A stretch of DNA of 64,000 bases, taken from Candidatus Bipolaricaulota bacterium (lineage in GTDB: Bacteria; Bipolaricaulota; Bipolaricaulia; UBA7950; UBA9294). Numbering within the stretch: the stretch's first letter is position 1; each line of letters starts with the position of its first letter. Shown here piece after piece: positions 1-11,146 of this stretch. Location: assembly GCA_040752575.1 (NCBI GenBank), contig JBFMGK010000015.1:23779-87778 (forward strand). The letters run 5' to 3'. Both the position numbers and the translations under genes were made by a program. Below the pieces are notes generated by a model. That model worked only from the letters and a program-made list of their open reading frames with translations, made no database searches and was not told the DNA's origin.

Positions 1-1369
1 GGAGCACGTTCAGCACTTCCACGGTGGAACTCTCCGAGTAGATGTCCGAAGTCGAAGCGAACGTTGCCGTGAGCGTCGTCATCCCCGCTTCGAACGCCCC
101 CGGAGTGTAGGTCACCGTGCAGCAACCGTTGGCATCGAGCGCCGGGGTAGCGTCGCTGAACACGCCCGTGCCGTCTGTGGTCAACGCAATGTCTTGGCCG
201 CTCAGGGAACCCGGCACGCCAGCCGTCGTGTCGTCCTCGACGCACACGCTGATCGTCACCGCCTGACCGATGTAGGCTGTCGCCGGCGACAGCAGCATGA
301 CGACATCCGCGGCACGTTTCTCGAGCGCCTGACTGAATGTGTCGCTGCTTGTAGCGTAGGCACTGTCGCCCGCGTAGCTGGCCGTGATCACGTGCGGCGT
401 GGTCGCAGCGTCCGTCGGCGTGTACGTGAACTCGAACTGCCCACCTTCCGCCGCCGTCAAGGTGTGCGTCGCTGGACTCAGCGTCCCGTTGCCGGTGTGG
501 GAGAGGGTCACCGTACCCGTCGGCGCCGCGCCGAAGCTCGTCGGAACTCCCTCGACGACAACCGTTCCCGTCGCTGTCTCGTTCACAACCAGCGGGGTGT
601 CGGACACGAAGACCGTCGTGACCGTCGGGCGCTTGGAGACCGTGTGCCCTTCGGTGTCGCTGGAGTCGATGTAGTCATCGCTGCCGGCGTAGGTGGCGGT
701 GATGGTGTGCGTTCCTACAGGAAGCGCCTCGGTCGTGAGCACGGCTCGGCTCGTTGCCGTTCCCGTCGACACGAGGCCCGCCGTGCCCAAGATGGTTCCG
801 GAGCCGTAGGTGAACGACACCGTTCCGCTTGGGCTACCGCTTCCGGGCGATGTCACGGTGACGTCGGCTGTCAGGGTGACGGTCTCACCAAGGACGGAGG
901 GGTCGGGCGCAGTCGAAAGAACCAGCGTGGTGGCCGCCCGGTTGACGACGTGCGTGCCGGTGCCGCTGGCCGAGCCGAACTCCGTCGGGTCGAGCGGCAC
1001 GAACGCGGCCGTGAGCGTTTTCGTACCCGCCGTGTAGGTCGTCAGGGTGCAGCCCCAGATCCAATTGTCGGGGTACGTGCCGCTCGAGACCGTACGACTG
1101 CAGATGCTCCCTTCGCCATCGTCGACGGTGATCGTCCCGTAGAGGTTGTAGCCGCCCGGGTTGCTCGCGGCGCGGTCCACCCGGAACCGGACATAGTAAC
1201 CCTCTCCAACCAGCGATGGCTCGATGTCGGACCCCGTGATGGTCACCGTGACCGGGATCTGCGCCAGCACCGGGAGGCTGCATGCCGCGACCAGCAAGAA
1301 GAGAAGGACGAAGTACTTGGCGTAGCCTGTCAACACACTGTGTGTTCTGCCATCTGCCGCGTTTCTCAT
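1..1369 (-). CDS. Secreted Ig-like (Big_3-type) repeat surface protein, runs off left edge
   Basis: Not in ORF track because there is no stop in the window. Manual translation from ATG 1369 (RBS GAGGAG): signal peptide (YFVLLFLLVAACSLPVLA), then ~90-aa Thr-rich repeats such as PSVLGETVTLTADV...PSGTVSF...LPVGTHTITATYAGSDDY. Confidence 0.85.
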   Translation of the reverse strand, partial: MRNAADGRTHSVLTGYAKYFVLLFLLVAACSLPVLAQIPVTVTITGSDIEPSLVGEGYYVRFRVDRAASNPGGYNLYGTITVDDGEGSICSRTVSSGTYPDNWIWGCTLTTYTAGTKTLTAAFVPLDPTEFGSASGTGTHVVNRAATTLVLSTAPDPSVLGETVTLTADVTVTSPGSGSPSGTVSFTYGSGTILGTAGLVSTGTATSRAVLTTEALPVGTHTITATYAGSDDYIDSSDTEGHTVSKRPTVTTVFVSDTPLVVNETATGTVVVEGVPTSFGAAPTGTVTLSHTGNGTLSPATHTLTAAEGGQFEFTYTPTDAATTPHVITASYAGDSAYATSSDTFSQALEKRAADVVMLLSPATAYIGQAVTISVCVEDDTTAGVPGSLSGQDIALTTDGTGVFSDATPALDANGCCTVTYTPGAFEAGMTTLTATFASTSDIYSESSTVEVLNVL

Positions 1370-1379
1370 ATCTTCTCCT

Positions 1380-2699
1380 CTACAGGGTAACGCCCGTGCT
1401 GATCGAAGCGCGCGTCAGTCCGTATCGACCGAACGTCGCCTGCAACGAGATGGTGCCCGGCGAGAAGCGGAACGTGAACTGCGTCGCCAGGCTTGCGAAG
1501 CCGAACCTCGCGCCTCGCTGCGCGAAGGTGATTCCCGTCGAGGCCGAGAACTGCCCGTGGGATACGTTCAACCGTGTCGACAACCCTGTCAGACCGCGCT
1601 CGAGACCCGTGGCACGGATGTCAAACCCACCGTTCAGCGCACCCAGACTGAACGGCGTGTTGCACCCCATCGAGAGGGAGGTCACCTCGAGCTCGTCGAG
1701 TTGGAGTCCGAACTGAATACAGGCAAACGATCCCGACAGGCTCAGCCCCCTCACCTCGGTCGGCCCGCGGAACAGGGTCATCGACGCCCCCAACCCGATG
1801 CCTTCGGCCACCTTGGCCGAGAAACTCAGCGTCGCGGACAGGGTCTGGGTCGTGGAAACGCTGAACGAAATCCCGATCCGCGGGTCCATGAGAAAGAGCG
1901 GCCCGACCGCAAAGTCGCACAGTTCGAAGCCGCCTACGGATCCGTTCAGGTAGTAGTTGCCGGGATCCACGCGTCCGGCCGCCGAGTATCCCTTGACGAC
2001 GGTCGCGCCCGGACTGGCATTGAACCCCGCCGAGAGCGAGAGCGACAGGCCAAGCTGCGAACTCCACGAAACGTCGAGAATGCCCCCGCACGAGAAGGTC
2101 TGGTCGGCAAACTCGTAGAACAGGGGGTCATACGATGCGTTCGGGTTCGGAAAGCTCGTGTCCAGGATCATGAGCAGGTGCCGGAAGTGGAATCCCCCGA
2201 CGTCGAACGACGAGGTGAGGCGCGAGGTGACGAAGAAGATGTCGCCGTAGGGGATGACGATCGCGTTGGGAAGGTTGTTCACGTCGGTGACCGCCTCAAA
2301 CGGAACGGCCATCCACATCTCGCAGGCGAGCGTGACGTCCTCGAACAGCACACCGAGGAGGCGGAACGGCTCGATCCGCAGGTCGCCGGTCGCCACGCCG
2401 TGCTCCGGACCGGCCATGTTCGTGGCCGCATCCAAAGCGCCTCCGATCGCCGAGTCGCGAACGCTCACACGAAGACTCGATGCGATGCCAAACTCCAGCT
2501 CGGCAAACTCGCTCGGCGTGTCCAGCACCAGATCGCCCGTGAGCGAACTAGGGATCCGGCGCGCAACGAAATCCAGGCCGAACTGCCCGGAGATCTGCCC
2601 GTGCGCCGCCCCGCCCGCGAGCACCAGGCACGCCATCGCGCAGATCATCGCGCGACGCACAGAAGCCCGCCTCGCCTTTCCCCTTGGCCATCCCCCCAT
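1380..2699 (-). CDS. Exported beta-strand-rich protein, putative outer-membrane beta-barrel
   Basis: Signal peptide (MACLVLAGGAAHG), alternating amphipathic strands through the C-terminal half, ends ASISTGVTL; start uncertain. Confidence 0.6.
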   Translation of the reverse strand: MGGWPRGKARRASVRRAMICAMACLVLAGGAAHGQISGQFGLDFVARRIPSSLTGDLVLDTPSEFAELEFGIASSLRVSVRDSAIGGALDAATNMAGPEHGVATGDLRIEPFRLLGVLFEDVTLACEMWMAVPFEAVTDVNNLPNAIVIPYGDIFFVTSRLTSSFDVGGFHFRHLLMILDTSFPNPNASYDPLFYEFADQTFSCGGILDVSWSSQLGLSLSLSAGFNASPGATVVKGYSAAGRVDPGNYYLNGSVGGFELCDFAVGPLFLMDPRIGISFSVSTTQTLSATLSFSAKVAEGIGLGASMTLFRGPTEVRGLSLSGSFACIQFGLQLDELEVTSLSMGCNTPFSLGALNGGFDIRATGLERGLTGLSTRLNVSHGQFSASTGITFAQRGARFGFASLATQFTFRFSPGTISLQATFGRYGLTRASISTGVTL

Positions 2700-2928
2700 G
2701 CCTCTCCCCCCTCGCTGCGCCTGGACAGACGTCCGACGGAAGGGCCCTCCGGGGCCCTTCCCGGAGACGGGAGGAGCGTGTAAGCTTCAAGGCGAACACA
2801 AGAGGGGAGTACCGAAGAGCACGATGTCTTCCCTGGCAGGGGACCGCGTTGCGAATCGTGTGCTCCCTTTCTCTTCCCGTCGTCAGCCGCGCGTTCTACA
2901 CCACCTCGTCCGGCCCGTCCGGCAAACG

Positions 2929-2962
2929 AAAAAAGCCCGCGGCGTAAGCCGACGAGCCTCTA
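2929..2962 (-). terminator. Intrinsic terminator-like hairpin with U tract
   Basis: Minus strand AGAGGCTCGTCGGCTTACGCCGCGGGCTTTTTT. Confidence 0.65.
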
Positions 2963-3070
2963 GACCACCGACCTCCACCCACTCCCACCACAAGCCCACG
3001 GCTTGTCCCCCTTGCTGTACATGCCGCGCCACTGCACATCGCCTCGCCCCCCTCGGCGAAACGATCGTCC

Positions 3071-3100
3071 AGAATAGACCCGCAGAGGGTGCTTTGTCAA
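3071..3100 (-). promoter_or_regulatory. Sigma70-type promoter
   Basis: Minus strand TTGACA-N18-TATTCT. Confidence 0.5.
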
Positions 3101-3168
3101 GAGCAAGTCCGTACATCCTTTTCGAACACACGACGCAAGTTCCCGCGGGGGAGACTACAATCGCGGAA

Positions 3169-3912
3169 ATGGTCGCCCGTCGCTTGCGCCGATATGAGAA
3201 GTCGTCGGAGATCTCCTACGCCGAGGGGGTCTTCGCAACACTCGAACTTCTGACGGCGCGTCCGGACGATGTCGAGGCGGTGCTCGTGTCGAGCCGCGGC
3301 GAGCCCAACGCCGGCGTGAAGAAGATCCGCGAGATCTGCGCAGCGCGCGGCGTCGGCCTCACGGTCGACGACCGGGCGATGGAACGCCTGTCGCCGCGCG
3401 GCAGCCATCTGGCCGTCGGCGTGTTCCGCAAGTACTCGACGGAGATCTCGACCGAGGACGATCACGTGGTCCTCGTGGAGCCGGCGGACATGGGGAACCT
3501 GGGAACGATCTTTCGCACGATGCTTGGGTTCGGCGTTCGCGACCTCGCGGTCGTCCGGCCGGCCGCCGACGCTTTCGACCCCCGCGTCATCCGCGCCTCG
3601 ATGGGCGCACTGTTTCGAGCCTCGTTCTCGTACTTCGACTCGTTCGGGGACTACGCGCGCCGCTTCCCTCGAAAGGTCTACTCGTTCATGATCGACGGCA
3701 CGACGCGGGTCGACGACCTTCGCTTTCAGGCGCCGTGTGCCCTTGTTTTTGGCAACGAGTCGAGCGGCCTCGGCGAGACGTTCCGGGCGCTCGGCGAAAG
3801 CGTGCGGATCGGCCAGACCGAGGCGGTCGACTCGCTGAGCCTCCCGGTTGCCGTGGCCGTCGCCCTCTACGAGCGTGCACGGCGCGGCGTGGGGGCTCCC
3901 GGTGGGCCATGA
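3169..3912 (+). CDS. TrmH/SpoU family RNA methyltransferase
   Basis: Motifs PADMGNLGTIFRT, RASMGA, LVFGNESSGL, DSLSLPVA; start trimmed to ATG 3169. Confidence 0.9.
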   Translation: MVARRLRRYEKSSEISYAEGVFATLELLTARPDDVEAVLVSSRGEPNAGVKKIREICAARGVGLTVDDRAMERLSPRGSHLAVGVFRKYSTEISTEDDHVVLVEPADMGNLGTIFRTMLGFGVRDLAVVRPAADAFDPRVIRASMGALFRASFSYFDSFGDYARRFPRKVYSFMIDGTTRVDDLRFQAPCALVFGNESSGLGETFRALGESVRIGQTEAVDSLSLPVAVAVALYERARRGVGAPGGP

Positions 3913-4688
3913 TGTCGAGCCCGCGGAATGTCCCGCCTCACACGGTGCGCGTGAGTCGTCGCGCGCGCCACGTTCACCTCCGCTTCTCGGTACGCGCCGG
4001 CCTCGAGGTCGTCATCCCCATGGATTTCGATCCGAGCGAGATCCCAGATCTCCTGACAGCAAGAGCGGAGTGGATTGCCGACGCCGCGAGGCAGATCGAG
4101 GCCCAGCGCGCGCTCGCCGACCCCTCTCCGGCGGACCGTCTTCCCGCGCAGGTCAGCCTGCGGGCTCTCGGAGAGACGTGGAACGTCGAGCTCCGGCCGT
4201 CGAAGGCAACGCGCTTGACACTTCGTGAAGCGGCGGAGCATCGCCTCATCGTCTCGGGACCTCTGCACGAGGACGCTCGCTGGCGGCGCGCGCTCAAACG
4301 TTGGGTCGCGCGCCGCGCCCGCCTGGAGCTGGCAAGGTGGGCTGAGCGCGAGGCTGAGACGCACGGTCTGCCGCGGGTCGACCTGGCCGTCCGCTGGCAA
4401 CGCGCGCGCTGGGGAAGCTGCTCACGGCGCTCCGGATCGCAGCGGCCGACTCTGTCCCTCAATGCCGGACTGCTTTTCCTCCCGCCCCATCTAGCCCGTT
4501 ACGTGATCCTCCACGAGCTTTGCCACACGCAACGCATGGATCACTCCCCTGCCTTCTGGAATGCGCTTCAGCGGGTCGAGCCTGCCGCGCCAGCGCTGCG
4601 CGAGGAACTCCACGGGGCCTGGCCCTACATCCCTTCGTGGGTGGATCCGCCGGCGCCGCCAGTTGACGCGGACGTCGATCGCCCGTAG
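3909..4688 (+). CDS. M48/YgjP (DUF45)-family zinc metallohydrolase
   Basis: RWGSCS and YVILHELCH...MDHSPAFW motifs; ATGA overlap with upstream stop. Confidence 0.88.
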   Translation: MMSSPRNVPPHTVRVSRRARHVHLRFSVRAGLEVVIPMDFDPSEIPDLLTARAEWIADAARQIEAQRALADPSPADRLPAQVSLRALGETWNVELRPSKATRLTLREAAEHRLIVSGPLHEDARWRRALKRWVARRARLELARWAEREAETHGLPRVDLAVRWQRARWGSCSRRSGSQRPTLSLNAGLLFLPPHLARYVILHELCHTQRMDHSPAFWNALQRVEPAAPALREELHGAWPYIPSWVDPPAPPVDADVDRP

Positions 4689-4737
4689 GCTTCGCCGGCT
4701 GCGCGACCTGCCGCGGCCGAGCACGAAGGGGGCGCAG

Positions 4738-5229
4738 ATGAAGGCGTTGGTAGTCTACTACTCGAAGTCCGGCACGACGCGTCGCGTCGCGGAAGAGATC
4801 GCACGAGCTCTCGGCGCGGACCTGGAGGAGATCGTCGAAGTCGGAACGCAACGAAGCGGCCTTGTGGGCTATCTGCGGGCCGGTCGAGATGCCATGCGGG
4901 AGAGAGCGAGCCAGATTCGACCCGCGACGAAGCGCCCGGCCGACTACGACGTCGTCTTCGTCGGCTCGCCAGTGTGGGGATGGAATCTTGCTCCCGCGGT
5001 GCGGTCGTACCTCGCAGCGGCGAACCTCGAAGGCAAGCCCGTCGCCCTCTTCTGCACCATGGCTTCCAGCGGCGACCGGCGGACGTTCTCGGCGATGCGA
5101 AGCCTGGCTCGCGGATCCGAATCCCTTGGCGAACTGGCCGTCGCGGCCTCGGAACTCAAGTCGCCCGACACCCTGGCTCAGCGCGTCGCGGTATGGGCTC
5201 GCGAGATGGCCGCCGGCGCACGCCGGTAG
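4738..5229 (+). CDS. Flavodoxin
   Basis: VVYYSKSGTTRRVAE FMN loop, YDVVFVGSPVW. Confidence 0.9.
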   Translation: MKALVVYYSKSGTTRRVAEEIARALGADLEEIVEVGTQRSGLVGYLRAGRDAMRERASQIRPATKRPADYDVVFVGSPVWGWNLAPAVRSYLAAANLEGKPVALFCTMASSGDRRTFSAMRSLARGSESLGELAVAASELKSPDTLAQRVAVWAREMAAGARR

Positions 5230-5272
5230 GGGCCGAGGCCCATCCTGAGGCCCCGGCCCTCTTTCACCTCCG

Positions 5273-6229
5273 TCAGGGTCGGCCGTCGAGGTACTTCAGC
5301 CAACTCGCGACGCTCTTGCCTTCCTGGCCGAACATCCCCGCATAGAGCGGCTCGGCGGGTGGATTGGACGCACCGCCGCCGCCGACCGTGGCGTACAGCG
5401 CTCCGAGTTCCTTCGCGCGCCGCATGCCCTCGGCGATCACAGCCTTCGCCAGACCGCGGCGCTGGTGCTCGGGCATCGTGCCGACCGGTTCGTAGTACGT
5501 CGTGCGCGTCACGTCGTCGTACCACACCGTGGCGAACGACGCGATCTCGCCCGACGGCGCCTCGGCGACGAGGTCGAGGTCACGCCGATACATGGGCGCA
5601 CGCATGGCGTTGCGCAGCCAGGTCCAGCCGCCGTACTTCTCGTCGGGGTCGTCGGGGTGAAACGCCCGCCAACTCGCCCAGCTCCGCCGCTTGAGATCGT
5701 CCTCCTCGTCGCGCATCGCGCGAACGGCGTATCCGGCGGGAACGGGCGCATCAGGTATCGGGAGCGCGAGATCGCGTTTCCGCTGGATCTCCTGAAAGTC
5801 GGCCCGCCGCACGTGGCCGCGCCGCGCCAGGAGGTCGGTCCGCATGGCGTCTCGATCCTCGGCGGACACGTTGATGAATGGGCGTCCAGACGAAGCTCCG
5901 ATCCCGACGAGCTCACGCTCCGCCACGTCGAGCATCTCCTCCTCGAGCGCTTGCGCTCGAAATCGGGGATCCACTTGAAGGAAGACGTGCCCGCGGCCCT
6001 CGGAGTTGAGCACCGCCGCGAGTTCGCCGCCCGCGGTCTTCCACAGGAAGACGTCGGTCTCGAGCTTGCCGTGCCCGCAGTTCGCAATCCCGTGCCAGCG
6101 CCACCAGTCAAGTCGCGCCGCCGGCCACGAGTGCTCGCTCCGATCGTTCCGCAGGTACACGTCGCGCAAGAACTGCCGGATTCGCCAGTAGTCCTCTTCG
6201 TCCCGATAGGGACGCATCGTCAGCTTCAT
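5273..6229 (-). CDS. GNAT family N-acetyltransferase
   Basis: EPVGTMPEHQRRGLAKA acetyl-CoA motif A; RBS GAGGAGAGG. Confidence 0.88.
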   Translation of the reverse strand: MKLTMRPYRDEEDYWRIRQFLRDVYLRNDRSEHSWPAARLDWWRWHGIANCGHGKLETDVFLWKTAGGELAAVLNSEGRGHVFLQVDPRFRAQALEEEMLDVAERELVGIGASSGRPFINVSAEDRDAMRTDLLARRGHVRRADFQEIQRKRDLALPIPDAPVPAGYAVRAMRDEEDDLKRRSWASWRAFHPDDPDEKYGGWTWLRNAMRAPMYRRDLDLVAEAPSGEIASFATVWYDDVTRTTYYEPVGTMPEHQRRGLAKAVIAEGMRRAKELGALYATVGGGGASNPPAEPLYAGMFGQEGKSVASWLKYLDGRP

Positions 6230-6635
6230 CGTCCATCCTCTCCTCGTGTCGTGTCGCTTTCTGGAACTCGCGTCGCGCGAGCTTCAGCACCAGGTTCACT
6301 GCAAGCGGAAAGGAGAGAGCTGCGCAAGATGCCTTCGAATGAGGCCCCCGAAGGGAGCCAGAGTCCGTGGGATCAAACCCCATGCAGTCGGGTCACAGTC
6401 TTCCGATCCGCACTACCGCGCAACCGTCTGCACTTGAGTTCGTCTCCCCTTCCTTGCCCTGCCAGAGGCAAGGTCCTCGTCGTCTCTGCGGCGAGGGCTG
6501 CGGCAGATCTGCCGAGAGTCGGCTCCGCGAGCTGACGAAGTATCCAAGGGAGGTTCGCTGGCGTCAAGCGGTACGGACCGCGTTGCCTCGAGATGCCCGC
6601 GGCGGGATCGCCCCGGAACATGTACCCTTCGCCGC

Positions 6636-7256
6636 ATGAGGGTCTTCTCGTTCGTCGCTGTTGTCAGCCTGAATGCGTTCATCCTCGTGCGCTATGTCTG
6701 GCTCATCCGCCGAAGAGAGATTCAGCCGGCGCTCGCGATGTGGGTGTTCTTCACGATCGCCGTCGTCGGCAGCTTCGTCACGTACCTCTCCGAGGGCGCG
6801 TTCAGCCCGCTCGACAACATCCTCAACACCTCGGACATCGCACTCGTGGGTCTGGTGTCGCTCGCGATCTGGATCTGGGGAGGCCGCGCCTCGCGGTTCA
6901 CGCGATTCGACCTCGGCTGCCTGGGAGCGGTCGCGTTGATCCTCGTCTTCTGGGGCTTCACGCGCGAACACGCCGCGGCCCACCTCGCGATTCAGGCGAT
7001 TCTCGTGGTCGCGTACTTCCCGGTGGTCAAGAGAATCTGGACCGCCAATCGGAACACCGAGTCGTTTGCGGCGTGGATCGGCATGCTCCTCGCCGCCGGG
7101 CTGTCGCTCTTTTCGAGCAGCGGCTGGCTCGCGACCGTGTACGCCGTGCGAGCGGTTGTCTGCACCGGGTCGCTTCTGATTCTGATGCTGCGGGCCCGTG
7201 GGCGGGAGCGTCGCACGTTTCTGCCTGCGACGCACGCCATCACCCCCGAGCGATGA
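6636..7256 (+). CDS. Hypothetical integral membrane protein (~7 TM)
   Basis: Continuous hydrophobic segments; host-like codon usage. Confidence 0.75.
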   Translation: MRVFSFVAVVSLNAFILVRYVWLIRRREIQPALAMWVFFTIAVVGSFVTYLSEGAFSPLDNILNTSDIALVGLVSLAIWIWGGRASRFTRFDLGCLGAVALILVFWGFTREHAAAHLAIQAILVVAYFPVVKRIWTANRNTESFAAWIGMLLAAGLSLFSSSGWLATVYAVRAVVCTGSLLILMLRARGRERRTFLPATHAITPER

Positions 7257-8244
7257 TGTCCCGCCCGGGACGCAGCTCCTTCTCGTAGGCAAGCTGGGTG
7301 CGGAACGCCGCAAACCCGGCGCGCTCGTAGAGGCGCAGCGCGCCGCTCTGGTTTCCGCTGTCGACCATCAGTTCGGCCGATGTGCATCCCTTCTCACGAA
7401 GCTTGCCGAGTGTTTCATGCAACAGCGCCGAGCCGAGGCCGCGCCGGCGCCAGGCCGGACGCACCGCAAGGCTCGCCACGACGCCGCGGGATCGATCGAG
7501 CGGCAGGTGCCAGCGCCCGAGGGAGTACCCGGCAACGTCGTCGCCGGCCCAGGCGAGCGTGGACATCGCCGGATCGATGCCCTCGGCGTGCGTGCGCAAC
7601 CAGCCACGCCACATCTCCTCTTCCTCCTCGACCGGCAACGGCACGTGACCCCAATGGTCGCGGAACGCCTCGCGGCTCGCCGCGGCCAGCGGGCGTAGGT
7701 GGCATTCTGGATCCAGCGACGTCAACACCAAGCCCTCGGGCCAGACGGGCGCCTTGGGCGCAGCGGCGAGATCCGCCCGCATCCGGCGCATGGCGCGGAC
7801 TGACGCGTACCCGAGCCGCTCGTAGGCATTCTGCCGCTCTACGTCCCGCTCGACCGCCCAGAGCGTGAGACAGGTACGCAGTCCCTCCTCTGCCGCGCTC
7901 GTCACCTCGCGCGCACGCTCCTCGACCCACTCCAGCAGGAGCCCCCATGTCACGGGCTCTGCAGAAGACTCGAGAGCGACGCTCACCCACCCTGTGACGT
8001 TGACGTACGGCTCCCCAGGCATCTCCAGCCCGGCCCAGCCGCGGACGCACCCCTCGCCATCGACAAGCGCGCAGAGATCACGATCCGGAGTGACCCTCGG
8101 GTTCTCCCATTCCGCCGCCAGTCCCGATTCGGTCACCGCGTCCTCTCCGGTGAAGCGGCGATACCGGGAGTTGACGAGGTCGACCAGGACAGGCACGTCC
8201 TCGATCCGAGCTGGGCGCAGCAGCCATCGTGAGGCACGAGACAT
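7240..8244 (-). CDS. Tandem-GNAT acetyltransferase (MshD-like fold)
   Basis: LAVRPAWRRRGLGSALL and VDSGNQSGALRLYERAGF. Confidence 0.88.
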   Translation of the reverse strand: MSRASRWLLRPARIEDVPVLVDLVNSRYRRFTGEDAVTESGLAAEWENPRVTPDRDLCALVDGEGCVRGWAGLEMPGEPYVNVTGWVSVALESSAEPVTWGLLLEWVEERAREVTSAAEEGLRTCLTLWAVERDVERQNAYERLGYASVRAMRRMRADLAAAPKAPVWPEGLVLTSLDPECHLRPLAAASREAFRDHWGHVPLPVEEEEEMWRGWLRTHAEGIDPAMSTLAWAGDDVAGYSLGRWHLPLDRSRGVVASLAVRPAWRRRGLGSALLHETLGKLREKGCTSAELMVDSGNQSGALRLYERAGFAAFRTQLAYEKELRPGRDIIARG

Positions 8245-8590
8245 GGTGGGGCTCCCTTCTCAAGTCCAGACGAGACACTGCGCGTAGCGTACCGGCGGGG
8301 AATGGGACGCGCAACACAGAGGAGACGGACGGCATCTACGCTGATGCACCTTGCGAAATCTAGGGGAGGAACGATGAAGATGCTCCTGCGCAGTCTCCAT
8401 ATCGTGCTCGGCGTCCTCGGAGCTGCACGTCGCGCCTTCGGCATGCCCGCTCTCAATCACATGTCGATCGGCTCCCGCTGCGGCGGCTGCCGATATGAAG
8501 GACCCTTCGTCGGCGAGTCCGACGACTGACCCCGCCTCTGGGGACGTGCCGGGCGGCGAGGTACTCTCTCGCTTCGCGAAGGAGGTTCCG

Positions 8591-8944
8591 ATGGAGAAGA
8601 TGGTGGCGTACTGCGGGATCGTCTGCACGGACTGCGAAGCCTACCTCGCCACGCAGAAGGACGATCGTCTGGCGCTCGAGGAGCTGGCGCGGAAGGCCAA
8701 GGCCGACTTCGGCGTGGAGACCACGGCCGACGGATGCCGCTGTGACGGTTGTCTGCCCGAACGAGGAGCCAAGATCGGGTACTGCGCAACGTGTGAGATC
8801 CGCGCCTGTGCTGTCGCGAGAAGGCTGGAAAACTGCGCCCACTGCGCCGATTACGCATGCGAGAAGCTCACGGCGTTCTTCCAGATGGCGAAGAAGGCGA
8901 AGCCCGTTCTCGACGCGATCCACGTCTCGCTCTCGTCGCGCTAG
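8591..8944 (+). CDS. DUF3795-like Cys-rich protein
   Basis: YCGIVCTDC...CDGC...CATCEIRAC...NCAHCADYAC; RBS AAGGAGG before ATG 8591. Confidence 0.85.
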   Translation: MEKMVAYCGIVCTDCEAYLATQKDDRLALEELARKAKADFGVETTADGCRCDGCLPERGAKIGYCATCEIRACAVARRLENCAHCADYACEKLTAFFQMAKKAKPVLDAIHVSLSSR

Positions 8945-9060
8945 CGACGGCCGGCCCCTCTTCCCCCGATCGAGGCCGCGCGCAGCCGGGCTCGGGTCGG
9001 CGTCGCCCGTCCGCGGGTTCCGGCTTTCGCATCCTGATATGCTGCGTGTATACTTGTGCC

Positions 9061-9681
9061 ATGGTCTGTGACGTCTACGGCCAACTCAAGCGGCGGATTC
9101 TCCTCGCGGAATATCGCCCAGGGCAATCGCTGCACGAGCAGGAGCTGGCACAGGAGTTCGGCGTCAGTCGCACGCCGATACGCGAAGCGTTCATTCGCCT
9201 TCAGGCGGAGGGATGGGTCGTGATGGCCAAAGGCCGCGGGGTCCGCGTCAGCGAGCCAAGCGTACGCGAGCTGAAGGAGGCCTGCGAGCTGCGCCATCAA
9301 CTCGACGGGTTCGTCGGGAAGCTCGTTCCCGAGCGCGTCACGCCCGAGGAGCTTGCCGGCATGAAGGCGCTTCTCCAACGAATGAGAAGCGAGACGGAGG
9401 CCGCCGAGCTGCGCGCGCTCGACCTCGCATTCCACGAAGCGATGGACCGCGCGACGCACAACGAACTCCTGAGACAGACCCTCGAAGGACTCCGGCAGCG
9501 CATGACGCGCGTCTGGGACCTCGCGGTCCCTGCGGGCCAGGACCGCTATTTCGCAGGGATCGCCGACGAGTTCACCGCCTTGGTCAAGGCCATCGAGCGA
9601 AAGGACGGCGAGGAGTGCACGCGCATCCTGCGCGCGCACCTCGCACGCTATATCGATCAGATCATCGCCATCCGCGGCTAG
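9061..9681 (+). CDS. GntR family regulator (FCD domain)
   Basis: HTH LAQEFGVSRTPIREA; FCD DLAFHEAM...HNELL. Confidence 0.9.
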   Translation: MVCDVYGQLKRRILLAEYRPGQSLHEQELAQEFGVSRTPIREAFIRLQAEGWVVMAKGRGVRVSEPSVRELKEACELRHQLDGFVGKLVPERVTPEELAGMKALLQRMRSETEAAELRALDLAFHEAMDRATHNELLRQTLEGLRQRMTRVWDLAVPAGQDRYFAGIADEFTALVKAIERKDGEECTRILRAHLARYIDQIIAIRG

Positions 9682-11100
<1,419 letters not shown>

Positions 11101-11104
11101 CGAC

Positions 11105-11136
11105 GTGGAGCGGGTTCGATGTCGAGCTCGCTCCAC
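11105..11136. terminator. Hairpin between convergent genes
   Basis: GTGGAGCGGGTTCGA-TG-TCGAGCTCGCTCCAC. Confidence 0.55.
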
Positions 11137-11146
11137 CTCTGCGGCT

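Noticed and set aside
194..1390. 398-aa plus-strand ORF, and similar long ORFs such as 12927-14984, 21040-23079, 27579-29615 and 59202-61655
   Set aside because: Arg-rich antisense shadows of real genes in high-GC DNA
2929..3100. T-box or known riboswitch
   Set aside because: No GGTGGNACC T-box or recognisable aptamer consensus; kept only as a generic attenuator candidate
2254..3168. N-terminal extension of the TrmH ORF (likewise the extended ORFs 47832-49739, 49684-52476, 61152-63167, 41146-43272)
   Set aside because: Extensions overlap other genes or promoters; coupled or promoter-supported internal starts fit the family lengths
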